This document shows positions 13,259 to 24,976 of a stretch of DNA of 64,000 nucleotides, piece after piece. Each line of letters begins with the position of its first letter. Position 1 is the first letter of the stretch. Position numbers and translations under genes: made by a program. The notes under the pieces were generated by a model that ran no database searches, was not told the DNA's origin, and saw only the letters and a list, made by a program, of their open reading frames with translations. This DNA is from Octopus sinensis. Lineage: Eukaryota. The stretch covers positions 23,808,001 through 23,872,000 of the forward strand of contig NC_043015.1 in the NCBI RefSeq assembly GCF_006345805.1, written 5' to 3'.

Positions 13259-15365
13259 CATGTAAATTTTCGTGTGTGTACATACATGCCTTTATATGTA
13301 CGTGTGTATCTCTGTGTATACATTTATATGTCTATCTGTGCTTCAGAAGTTTGAAAACCATCCATACAACAAGTGAACACTAAACACCTAATTCGGTAGA
13401 GGTATCCCTATTGGAATTACCAAAACGGCTGTATCGATTTCCAGGAACTTCCTTACTTGGAATTTTATATCATTTTATACCTTGCCAAATTCGATGTCCC
13501 CAAAGTTTACTGGTCATAAGCTAAGTAGTATTTTAGTCGAGTATTCTATTTATTCATGCGGACTTCTTATTTTCCATCTTACATTTCCTCCCATATCACC
13601 AAGACTTATGAAAACGACTTCCCTGTGAGACATTATATATATATATATATTTATCTATTTATGTGTCTACTTCCATACATCTGTATATCTGTATGCCTAT
13701 GTGTGTTTGTTGTGTGGGTGTGTGCGTATATCTGTATGTGTATGTATGGAACTGACTTGGCAATCATTGTATTCTTCGTTGAATTATTTATTGTAATTTT
13801 GTCTTATAGCGTTTAACCTTTTGCATACAAGTTTGACGTTTCATGTGGAGAGTGGTGGCTGTGTCGAAAGCATAAAGGGTATTATACCGGCAGTTTCTGA
13901 AATTAGTTCTATATTCAATTTAATATGGAATGTAAAAGAAAGCGAAGTTTTCAGTCGAACTATGCTAATAGTATCTCCCTTGTTGTTACTGTGGTTGTTG
14001 TTGCTCTTGGTCGTGTCGTTGCATCGCGTTTCCAAGAGATTTATATAGTATTGTGCAAGTAACTATTGAGCTATGTGTAATTGGAATTCTGAGTTTAAGA
14101 ATATGAATAAGAACAACCTTGACAATATATTAGCAAAAACAGTTGCCCCACGAAAATGTAGAAGCATCAATCAACAGCCTTCAACAAACACAGAAAGGAA
14201 TCCGTCAATTAAACAGTTACAAAGCACCAGGTTAACCATTTTGAAATGAGGGTGTGTGTAATTAATGCTTTTGACCCAAGTGACTGAATAGTGATATATT
14301 TTATCAAACACCGAACCGATGAAACACAAAATTTACTTCGTCGGGATTTGAATTTAGAACGTAATGATCTGTAAAATATAATACGAAAGATTTTCCGACA
14401 ATCTAACTATTCTGCCAAACACTCGCAATAGCTCAGTTTGAAGAAGTACTTGAGCTGGATTGTTGCAACAAATTTATTCCAGTGATAGGGATTTCCAATT
14501 CTTTAGTTATTTAATGACTGAAATCATTTAACTGCGAATGTACTTACGCTATATCTTCATGATATTATACTTAATGATACGGAGTCAGTACTTGTTTTGC
14601 TGAGCAGTTAATTATCTTCTCGGGTATTTATTTTTCGATGTTATCATTCTGGGGTGCACGGATGCCACAAGACACTGTCTTACACCGGTAAGCATAAACA
14701 TAAAGTACACGTGCACACACAGTATACATATATACATACATACAAAATTTAAGATATAGAGTAGATCAAATGGGGGCTGCACATGTTTCATAACGATCAC
14801 GACTTCAGAAGTAGTAATTATCTAAGAAGCAAGGTGTACTCCGGAGGCTACTCATAACGTGAAGGTCATCTTGATTATGTAATTGAATCGTCCGTGTGTT
14901 AAGATGGGCTTCCTAAGAACAAAGTAAACTTTCATTTAATTAAGATACCGTCGGCATGAAGAGTCGCCTGCAGTATACACCTCTCTTGGATAACTACTAC
15001 TTAACAGGTTCTGCTTGCTATGAAATATATGTAGCTCAGTCTCTATCTACTCCGTTCCCTATCTTTTGGATTTTTATTCGCGTACCTGCAAACCCTGATT
15101 GCCAACCGTGAATTATAGAATATTTTTTTCAGCTTCTCGTATTTCGATACTGGAAAAATTCCCAATTTTCAGCAGCAATAAACCACCAGTCCTCCTGAAA
15201 ATTGATCACCAAGCTAACATATCAGTACAGAAAAATAGGAAGAATGCTGCCGTTGATTAGCTCCAAGAGGCCAGCGCCTCTAGCTAGCTATGTGACACAC
15301 AATCTTGTGTCCATTATAACCTTCGAACAGGGGAGGTCAGCAGCTTCCACTAGCTGGTTTGGCAA

Positions 15366-15406
15366 CCACAGACTAGTTTCGAGTTAGTTGCCTCTTATCA
15401 ATGTGG
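15366..15406 (-). ncRNA. Type I hammerhead ribozyme, U3-A8 core variant
   Basis: Minus strand reads CCACA UUGAUAA GAG gcaacuaa CUC GAAAC UA GUC UGUGG. All stems pair and stem III is the palindrome ACUAGU. Confidence 0.8.
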
Positions 15407-15509
15407 AGTAGCCGAGCACAACAGGCGTCGCTGCTGACCGACTGTTAGAAAGATTGTTTACCTAAATTCAGTGGTTTTCAAACATAAAAATATCCTGGGT
15501 TCGGCTACT

Positions 15510-15550
15510 CCACATTGATAAGAGGCAACTAACTAGAAACTAGTATTTGG
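15510..15550 (+). ncRNA. Degenerate U3-A8 hammerhead (right arm)
   Basis: CCACA UUGAUAA GAGgcaacuaaCUA GAAAC UA GUA UUUGG, with single mismatches in stems I and II. Confidence 0.6.
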
Positions 15551-16879
15551 ATGCCAAACCAGCAAGGGAAAGATGCAGGCCTCCCCAATTCGAAGGTTAT
15601 AATGGACACGGGTTTGTGTATCACATAGTTAGATAGAGGCGATGGCCTCTTGGAGCTAATCAATGGCAGCATTCATCCTATTTTTCTAGACTGCTATGTT
15701 AGCTTGGCGATAACTATTAATATATATATATATAGGTGATGACATTAAATCTGGTGAAGGGTTAAATCTACAATATGCCGGATTTGAACTCAAAACAGAA
15801 ACAGCCGGATCAAGTACGATAAGCCGTCTCTTCCAAAATTTTCATAATTCCACTAATCCACTCCTTTTGATTGATACTCTTCTACCCACTTGTTGCAGAT
15901 GCAAGGATACCAACAAATTTTATACGACCTTACATTTTTATATCTGTGGTACGGCTATTTGTTACCACTACGATATCATAGTACACTGCAGAAATTACAT
16001 TAACTTGTAGACAATATCCCTTGTATTCTTACCTGCCTGTTTGCGCAAAAATCTATGTTACACGACGATTGTTATCCTTTGCCAAATTTACTAAAGCATT
16101 GATTTCTCGCGTAAATATAAATTTAAAAGTACTCCATAATGCTTTTGGCAGAACACATGTATCAAACAGTGTCAGCTTGTGTCAATAAAGTTCGCATGTG
16201 TTACCGTTGTCACCTTCTTTAATTCTATATAATTCTGTTACGGTTGTGTTTTAAGAAAGAACTTATGTCTGTTAGTTTTTAAGCTAATATTTGGTTTTCA
16301 AAAGCGTTTCAAATTAGACAGACCTGACGCTTTTGAAAGTCGTACGGCCCAGTATCTTTTAGAGATGTTTCGGCGTTACCAACCTGCATTGAAAATGTGA
16401 CCATGGCATCTATTTTTGTAAACATACTATGCTTGGAAAATAAACTACTTGGTTTAATTCAATTATAAAATAATTCGAATTTATTAGATTTCCATGATGT
16501 AATGTCGAAATAAATTCACGTCAATGACACCACCTACTTAAAGACTGATATGTTAGATGCCATGAAAATAGTTATAGCAAACTCATTCTGTTCCAAAGCT
16601 CCTTGGCAAATTATCCATTTGCTTAATATGAAAATCCACATACGTAGCACAATTTATGTCGTCTTACAAAACTTGTATAATCCTCCACAGAATAATGTTG
16701 ATATTCCTTAAATCTATAATCTTTCTCTCTCGTTTATTTGGTTCCTTAGCGAATTCCATCTTGACTAATGACCTTTCATCCAATTAAGAGTTTTAATTTT
16801 TGCCTTGGCATATCCAAACAGCATTCTCTTAAACGGTTTCTCACTTTTCTTCTTTTACTAGATGCAACATCGAAATGAA

Positions 16880-17960
16880 TTCAGTTGCTTCTTCACACTA
16901 TATAGCATTGGTTACTTAAACCTTTCTAAAATTGACATTAGCACCGAATTCAGCGCGTGAAAATATTCTCCAATGCAATTTATCAAATGTTTTCATTTTG
17001 AAGATAAATGCCTTTTGAGAGAAACAAATAACCTTTTGACATCAGTTTGTACGAATAGGAAATAATGAAACTCTCTTATTCCCATTTAGTTACTTTCTCA
17101 TTGGTAAACGTGAAGCCCCAATCTTAAACACCAGAGAAATCAAAACTTATTAATGCTTTCACATCATATTCCCGAAACGTTTTGCCTAAATGATCGCCCA
17201 CGCGATTTATAAATGTCAATGATCTTTCGCAATTCTCTAATCACAATTGTTTTACTTTTACATTTTTTTCACGTTGGTGAAATAGCCAATATTTAACGCA
17301 GTCACATCAGGAAAAATTGTCTTCCAGATATTATCTTCCTCAAGTTGTTCCTTGCAAAATGAACTGTATCAGTCGTTATCGCCTCCCTCTTCAAAGACAT
17401 CATTTAAAGCAACAGTCTGTGTGAGGTTTCTCAATTTCTCCAGACAGTATATAGCTACAGGGTTATTTGACTTATCATCTTCAAAGCACATGATCAGCGC
17501 CTCATAATTATTTATTAGTGCCATAATTGCAAGTTAGATTACCATCTGACTTTAATAAGTCGTCGTCTGAAAGCAAAGTTTCATAGTCAATGACTCTGCA
17601 GTGTTTTTCTAATTTGCATTTTTGACAGTAGATCGATAAATCCGTGATATAGATTGTTCTCGTCAAAAACCCATTGCCTTCTACTAAATTCATGTTTTCT
17701 TTTTCGTGTATCACAAAAACTTTCAAAGTATGCAATACAATGTGGATTGAATAGAACTGGAATATCATCTCCCATTCTTGTCACACAGCAAACCCTTTGA
17801 AACAAAAATGATAAACATCCCATGGAAAGTAAAAATCAAATTATCGTGTGATGTACAAGTTCCGTTACTCTTTAGTACATATCTGGTTTTTGGAAAGCGT
17901 TGCAAATATGGCAGACCCGTCTTTTGTAAAAGCCTTACAATCTACTCTATTTTCAGAGAT
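16880..17960 (-). pseudogene. Decayed hAT-superfamily (ZNF862/ZBED-like) transposase
   Basis: Minus-strand fragments across frameshifts: FTKDGSAI (DG motif), DIPVLFNPHCIAY (HCxAH-like), NYEALIMCFEDDKSNNPVAIYCLEKL and FPIRTNxCQKVFVSLKR (hAT dimerisation-like). Many stops; TIRs not found. Confidence 0.55.
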
Positions 17961-18991
17961 GTTTCAACGTGAAGAACCCATGTTCAAGATCTAACCCCCA
18001 CATAAATATTTGTAAACGTGTTTTTCTTTTACCAGTGGTATACTCTTCTGCAAAAATAAAAGTTGTGATGGTCATGGGAAGAATGACTTTTTCATTTCTA
18101 TACTGCATGCTAATGATGTGAGACGAAAGAAAAATACCCCAAAATTATTTTACATAAAAACATTCAGATTACATAAAATGATTTTTTACAACGATAAGAA
18201 CATAAAAATGAATTGGTATAAATGTATCTAAATTAAGTCATAGAGTTTTTGATGAGAACATAAAACGTGTTTTGCTTGTCAATCAGTGGGTGCTAATGTT
18301 TTAGTCTCACTGTCATCAGAATCCCTAATTATTTACAGTATCTTAAATTTTTAAAAAAGATGATTAGCGAACTAAGAGAACATTTATAGTACTTGGATCT
18401 GGCTGTTGGCTATTGCATCTGGATGGAATTTGACGGTTACAACTATTTTAAAACAGTGGTAACTGTATAGAATAGAGGTAACTGCTAAATTCCATCCCGT
18501 TGCGAGACCCAACTGCCAAATCCGAGAACTATAAATTGTCTTTTATTTGTCTACTCACCTCTTTTTTCAATTTATGATGCTGTACACAGTTATGATTTCT
18601 GATCACAGTGGGACAAAATATTTAGAACCCATTGATTGACAAAACAGATGCGTTTTGTCTTTCTGTCAAACACTTTATTACTTGATTTTGATATATCTAT
18701 GTAAACTAAATTTTTTATGTTCTTATCATTGTAAAACGGTTTAATACCTGTTTCTGATTGATTTTATGGAAAATATTTTTGACGCATCGCAGACGGCTCA
18801 CAAAATTTCAAAATTTTTCTTTTCATTGTCAAATACTCTCTCACTTGATGTGAATACACTTATGAAAACTAATTTGTCACACCACAGAGGATACACAAAG
18901 CCTCATACTTTAACACTTTACTTTCGAAAATCTTTTTAGATAAGTGAAAACGGTTAAGTTAAATACGTTTAAAAGACTCCTGCATTTTCAG

Positions 18992-19077
<86 letters not shown>

Positions 19078-19082
19078 GTATA

Positions 19083-19487
19083 TACTCTTTTACTCTTTTA
19101 CTTGTTTCAGTCATTTGACTGCGGCCATGCTGGAGCACCGCCTTTAGTCGAGCAACTCGAACCCGTGACTTATTCTTTGTAAGCCCAGTACTTATTATAT
19201 CGGTCTCTTTTGCCGAACCGCTAAGTGACGGGGACATAAACACACCAGCATCGGTTGTCAAGCAATGCTAGGGGGACAAACTCAGACACACAAACATACA
19301 CGCACACTTATATATATATATATCAATATATACGATGGGCTTCTTCCAGTTTCCGTCTACCAAATCCACTCACAAGGCTTTGGTGGGCCCGAGGCTATAG
19401 TAGAAGACACTTGCCCAAGGGTTCACGCAATGGGACTGAACCCGGAACCATGTGGTTGGTAAGCAAGCTACTTACCACACAGCCACT

Positions 19488-19493
<6 letters not shown>
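19083..19493 (-). mobile_element. SINE family A, full length
   Basis: High identity to 222-653 and 9575-9997. Confidence 0.9.
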
Positions 19494-19527
<34 letters not shown>

Positions 19528-20269
19528 CGTATATCAGAATACAATAACATCATAGAAACACCAGTTACTGGTGTCAACTATCACTAGACCAATCAAATTT
19601 TACAGATACCAGTTGCTGATGTCACCTAATTCTAGAACAATGAAAACCGAACTTCAGGAAATACAACAAAATGACCCTTTAAGAGAATCAAGACGTCACC
19701 AGTACTTTAATGAATCAAAAGTTAGATTCATTCGCAGAAAAAAAATATAAGTACACCAGATTCCAAAACACACCGTTACAGGCGTATGTTCCTACACACG
19801 ACGGAAAGAGTATCATAGAAATTGTAAACAAAATCCAATGTTTTTACTATCATCGTTTTTCCTTTGAATTTTTCCCTCATAACACAACATGACTGAAAGT
19901 TTGATGATATCCAACTCTTGTTGAGCTCTGCTAACTCATATGAACATTGTATATTCAAACGCATTGATACAGAGTTTTACTATTAATGAGTGTTATGAAC
20001 ATTTAAACCTATCAACATCGACATTTTTGAACGTGTTTTTCTAATTCATAATTCAATATTTGTCTGTTACGGAGATTGTTATTTGTCAATATTGAAACTT
20101 TTAAACATATTTTTCTAATTCATAATTCTAAATTTTTACCATTGATGAACAAAAAAATATTGTTGAAACTAATTTGGTATATATGTAAATAATTTTTTTA
20201 AACATTTCCAAGTTTTTCAAATTTGTCTCTTTTTTCCTACGTAGAAATACACCCCACTCATTTGTTATA

Positions 20270-20309
20270 CATAGACACGTATATATATATATATATATAT
20301 CTTTATAGG

Positions 20310-20341
<32 letters not shown>

Positions 20342-20349
20342 ATATATAT

Positions 20350-20392
<43 letters not shown>

Positions 20393-20554
20393 ATATATAT
20401 ACATACAATATATATGTGTATATAAAACTATGCTAGATGTGTCGAAACACTTGACGGGATTTATATTAAATTCTCGTACATTCCATCTACTGTCTTTCAT
20501 TTGCTATACATATGTATATATATATATATATATAATATATATATATATTATATA

Positions 20555-20589
<35 letters not shown>

Positions 20590-20612
20590 CATGTATGTAT
20601 ATACATATATGC

Positions 20613-20670
<58 letters not shown>

Positions 20671-20784
20671 GTATGTATGTATGTATGTAATTATGTATGT
20701 ATGTGTGTGTGTATGTATGCATATATATATATGTATATATATATATATAGGTAAATATATAGGTATATATATGTATATATATAT

Positions 20785-20863
<79 letters not shown>

Positions 20864-20875
20864 TATATATATTTA
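20270..20875. repeat. Large compound (AT)n/(ATGT)n microsatellite field
   Basis: Directly visible. Similar tracts lie at 12920-13070, 18995-19080, 21495-21650, 22330-22510, 35380-35480, 50290-50490, 52380-52480 and elsewhere; they explain the IYIY/CVCV ORFs. Confidence 0.95.
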
Positions 20876-21026
20876 ATGAAATGGATAAATGAATTATCTT
20901 GTTACGGATATTCAAAATTTAACCGATACCTGTGTAGCAAAAATCACACCAGAAAAGACACGGTTGAGGTTACGACCATGGGGTTTCGCCCTCGTGCTTT
21001 AGCGCGGATAATTGAAGTTTTATATA

Positions 21027-21495
21027 TTTAGTGAAGGGAAGAAATGGAGCCGAACGAAGATTCTACAAAATTCCTTTTTATTATTTTCTACACGTTTCAA
21101 AGGCTGCAAATTCCCAAATTCGGATTGAATAAGGAGACCATTCTGCAGCTTTCTCTTCAGGAAAATCCAGGAACTTAAAATCTCAAAACAAATGCGCAGC
21201 AAGCTTTTCGAACAAAACGCTCCCTAGGAGCCCATGGTAAAAATGGCACAAAACTGTCTCTCAATATGCGCTGACGTCAGAGTGGGTGAAGGCCGACGAA
21301 AAAATCCGTTGGAATAAACCTAGGTCAAACCACGGTCAAATCAGGTAGGGGAAGAATCACAGAAAACCCAAAGAGTGTGAATATATTCTGTATAACTAGT
21401 GTTAATGTTCAAATTGTTTTAAGAATGACAGTAGAAAATAATAAAAAGGAATTTTGTAGAATCTTCGTTCGGCTCCATTTCCTCCCTTCACTAAA
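21027..21495. mobile_element. MITE with ~65-bp terminal inverted repeats, flanked by TA
   Basis: TTTAGTGAAGGGAAGAAATGGAGCCGAACGAAGATTCTACAAAATTCC...TTCTAC (21027-21091) is the near-perfect reverse complement of 21431-21495. The interior is non-coding. Confidence 0.8.
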
Positions 21496-21505
21496 TATAT
21501 ATATA

Positions 21506-21648
<143 letters not shown>

Positions 21649-22327
21649 AGGATAAATAAGAGCAGAAGAAAAAAATTGCATGCCATCTTTTTAATTGTAG
21701 ATACACACAGAGTGGAAATGAGAAAAGCAAGCTAATACAAATTATTCAAAATTTGTTCTTCCCGAATCGGACTTATGTCTCAATTAATCCAGCAGGATTC
21801 TTCGTTCGTCAGCGCGAAGCTTGATAAGAATAAATGAAATACTTAGATATAAGTAGGTGCAAAGTCATGAGTGCATTTAAGTACCCCAAATATATCTGAA
21901 CGGAAATTCAGTAGCTAGCCTCAGCACACGTGTATATGGTCAGTCTCGAAGTGAATTGTAATAAATTTACGTCTAATATAAGGATAAGATTTTACAAAAA
22001 CATGTTATCAGCGGCCAGCATATTAAAATACCTTTTAAGGGAATTATATACAATTATGAATAAGAGCAGAAGAAAATATATTTTCTATAGCAATGTGCTG
22101 AACTATATGTATTAGATCGTCTAGCCACATACAATATTTTTCACTGTAGATACACAGTGTGTTGAAACGAGGGAAGCAAGATAACAGAAATTTTAAAGAT
22201 TTATCATTACCAAACCTGACCTTATTTCCGTTTAATCCAAGAGGATTCTTCCTTCGTTAGCGGTTAGACGATCTAAAGAATAGTTTTTAACATATTGGCA
22301 TAGACATTTTTGTTCTTCTCTAATATG

Positions 22328-22388
<61 letters not shown>

Positions 22389-22445
22389 CATATATCTATG
22401 TATATATGTAAATATGTATATATGTATATGTATATATGTATATAT

Positions 22446-22485
<40 letters not shown>

Positions 22486-22674
22486 TATATATATATATAT
22501 ATATACACATAAGTTAAGGAATAGAGTAGAAAAAGATATCGGCTACATATGTTTCATAGCGGGGTCTATATTGCTGGCCAATCTTCAGACCAAGGATAAC
22601 TTGATTAAATGAAAGTTTACATTGTCGCAAGGAGGTACAATGTTAACAAAGCGAAGATTCAACGAGAATTTGTA

Positions 22675-22829
22675 GAGAGCGCAGTAGGGGAACGGGAAGA
22701 AGCTTGGTTCCCAACCGCATGGTTCCGGGTTCAGTGCCACTGCATGTCAACTTAGGCAAGTATCCTCTACTATAGTCTCGAGCGAACCGAAGCTTAAGTG
22801 AATTTCTTAGACGAAAACTGAAAGAAGCC

Positions 22830-22832
<3 letters not shown>
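22675..22832 (+). mobile_element. SINE family A, decayed 5' half
   Basis: CCCAACCGCATGGTTCCGGGTTCAGTGCCACTGC..TTAGGCAAGT..GACGAAAACTGAAAGAAGCCCG, ending in (TA)n. Confidence 0.7.
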
Positions 22833-22912
<80 letters not shown>

Positions 22913-23070
22913 TATATAAAATAAATATAAGAGAGTGGTCACTATATGGCTCACTCTAGCACTAGTTAATCCAAAAGGTTTCAACCACAAAAATATGTTT
23001 CCCATGAAAGTCAGTACGATTGTTAGCTCACACGGACAGGGCAAATAAAAAATAACAAAAATACAGATTA

Positions 23071-23152
23071 TTTTGGGACAATTGTTTCGCTATTAATGAA
23101 TTAAATGTAATTTTACTTACAAAAAAATCCACTTGTAGCTCGTCAGCCAAAA
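23071..23152 (-). ncRNA. Type I hammerhead ribozyme, canonical core (F2)
   Basis: UUUUGG CUGACGA GCUA [~43 nt] UAGC GAAAC AAUU GUC CCAAAA on the minus strand. Confidence 0.85.
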
Positions 23153-23812
23153 CTATCTGGATGAAATCCACTCAATCACACGCCAGATTTTACCATAACG
23201 ATAAATACACGTGTGGTTCAATTGATTACATCCGACGTTATAATTCAAATGCCCCAACTAACAGCGCGCCAAACTTTCACGGAAAACAAATACTGCATTT
23301 AGAAATTTTGTAAGTAAAATTACATTTAATTCATTAATAGCGAAACAATTGTCCCAAAATAATCTGTATTTTTGTTATTTTTTATTTGCCCTGTCCGTGT
23401 GAGCTAACAATCGTACTGACTTTCATGGGAAACATGTATTTTTGTGGTTGAAACCTTTTGGATTAACTAGTGCTAGAGTGAGCCATATACTGACCACTCT
23501 CTTATATTTATTTTGTAAAAATATTATAATATATTATAAAATATTATAATAATCCAGGTTTCTCGGAGCACTAGGCCACTTGGTGTTGAATAGACATACT
23601 ATTAAATTAGTATCTAATTCTCTCACCCTTATTAATTAATTATAATTATGCTACATTTATTTCTAAATGCAGTATTTGTTTTCCGTGAAAGTTTGGCGCG
23701 CTGTTAGTTGGGGCATTTGAATTATAACGTCGGATGTAATCAATTGAACCACACGTGTATTTATCGTTATGGTAAAATCTGGCGTGTGATTGAGTGGATT
23801 TCATCCAGATAG

Positions 23813-23894
23813 TTTTGGCTGACGAGCTACAAGTGGATTTTTTTGTAAGTAAAATTACATTTAATTCATTAATAGCGAAACAATTATCCCACAA
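23813..23894 (+). ncRNA. Type I hammerhead (F2) with two substitutions
   Basis: UUUUGG CUGACGA GCUA..UAGC GAAAC AAUU AUC CCACAA: GUC changed to AUC, plus one stem I mismatch. Confidence 0.65.
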
Positions 23895-24334
23895 TAATCT
23901 GTATTTTTGTTATTTTTTATTTGCCCTGTCCGTGTGAGCTAACAATCATGGGAAACATGTATTTTTGTGGTTGAAACCTTTTGGATTAACTAGTGCTAGA
24001 GTGAGCCATATAGTGACCACTCTCTTATATTTATTTTGTAAAAATATTATAATATATTATAAAATATTATAATAATCCAGGTTTCTCGGAGCACTAGACC
24101 ACTTGGTGTTGAATAGACATACTATTAAATTAGTATCTAATTCTCTCACCCTTATTAATTAATTATAATTATGCTACATTTATTCTAAATGCAGTATGTT
24201 TTCCGTGAAAGTTTGGCGCGCTGTTAGTTGGGGCATTTGAATTATAACGTCGGATGTGTAATCAATTGAACCACACGTGTATTTATCGTTATGGTAAAAT
24301 CTGGCGTGTGATTGAGTGGATTTCATCCAGATAG

Positions 24335-24415
24335 TTTTGGCTGACGAGCTACAAGTGGATTTTTTTGTAAGTAAAATTACATTAATTCATTAATAGCGAA
24401 ACAATTGTCCCAAAA
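24335..24415 (+). ncRNA. Type I hammerhead ribozyme, canonical core (F2)
   Basis: UUUUGG(24335) CUGACGA(24341) GCUA..UAGC GAAAC(24398) AAUU GUC(24407-24409) CCAAAA. Stem III is the palindrome ACAAUUGU. Confidence 0.88.
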
Positions 24416-24746
24416 TAATCTGTATTTTTGTTATTTTTTATTTGCCCTGTCCGTGTGAGCTAACAATCGTACTGACTTTCATGGGAAACATGTATTTTTG
24501 TGGTTGTTGAAACCTTTTGGATTAACTAGTGCTAGAGTGAGCCATATAGTGACCACTCTCTTAATATTTTGTAAAAATATTATAATATATTATAAAATAT
24601 TATAATAATCCAGGTTTCTCGGAGCACTAGGCCACTTGGTGTTGAATAGACATACTATTAAATTAGTATCTAATTCTCTCACCCTTATTAATTAATTATA
24701 TATATATATAATATACGCGAGAAAGAAGCAACAAGAATGGATAGGT

Positions 24747-24837
24747 TTTTAGTACGATCGTTTCATACAAGGACAGGTTTTATTAAAAGTTGCAAAGATT
24801 ACAGCATATAAACGAGTCCCGTACTCATCAGCTAAAA
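24747..24837 (-). ncRNA. Type I hammerhead ribozyme in the inverted PLE terminus (F3)
   Basis: Reverse complement of the HHR at 28013-28103. Confidence 0.85.
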
Positions 24838-24976
24838 TACATGTAAGTTCTCTAGACATCCTAGTGTTTGAGGCTATACTCATGAAGTAATGTAGATAAT
24901 TAAACAGATTTCTAAAGTTCATTAAAGTTCCTTAAAGATGATGTATAGTCTTATCACAGAATTAGCTAAAATAGCT

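Larger units (their letters stand above)
15199..15716. mobile_element. Complete fold-back element family F1: ~215-bp inverted arms, ~85-bp spacer, one HHR per arm
   Basis: 15199-15415 is the imperfect reverse complement of 15501-15716 (e.g. TGATTAGCTCCAAGAGGCCA / TGGCCTCTTGGAGCTAATCA). No ORF. (TA)n lies at the right end. Confidence 0.85.
22917..24698. repeat. Tandem array of ~520-535-bp HHR-bearing units (family F2) with an inverted 5' unit; retrozyme/pLTR-like
   Basis: An inverted partial unit (22917-23306) is followed by ~2.6 head-to-tail plus units (23307-24698). Equivalent cleavage triplets end at 23353, 23888 and 24409 (spacing 535 and 521 nt). Units are near-identical, no credible ORF, (TA)n on both sides. 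Confidence 0.9.

Noticed and set aside
18270-18325. Minus-strand CTGATGA followed by a CAGTG/CACTG stem
   Set aside because: No GAAA follows stem II, and there is no stem I or III pairing.
19545-19630. GAAAC-ACCAG-TTA-CTGGT-GTC followed by CTGATGT, resembling a type II hammerhead
   Set aside because: The two parts are diverged tandem copies of ACCAGTTRCTGRTGTCAMCTA. The stem I register is off by one, the core ends in GT rather than GA, and there is no stem II.
20960-21010. Minus-strand GAAAC-CCCAT-GGTC hairpin
   Set aside because: The upstream sequence does not match CUGANGA or UUGANAA, and stem I is weak.
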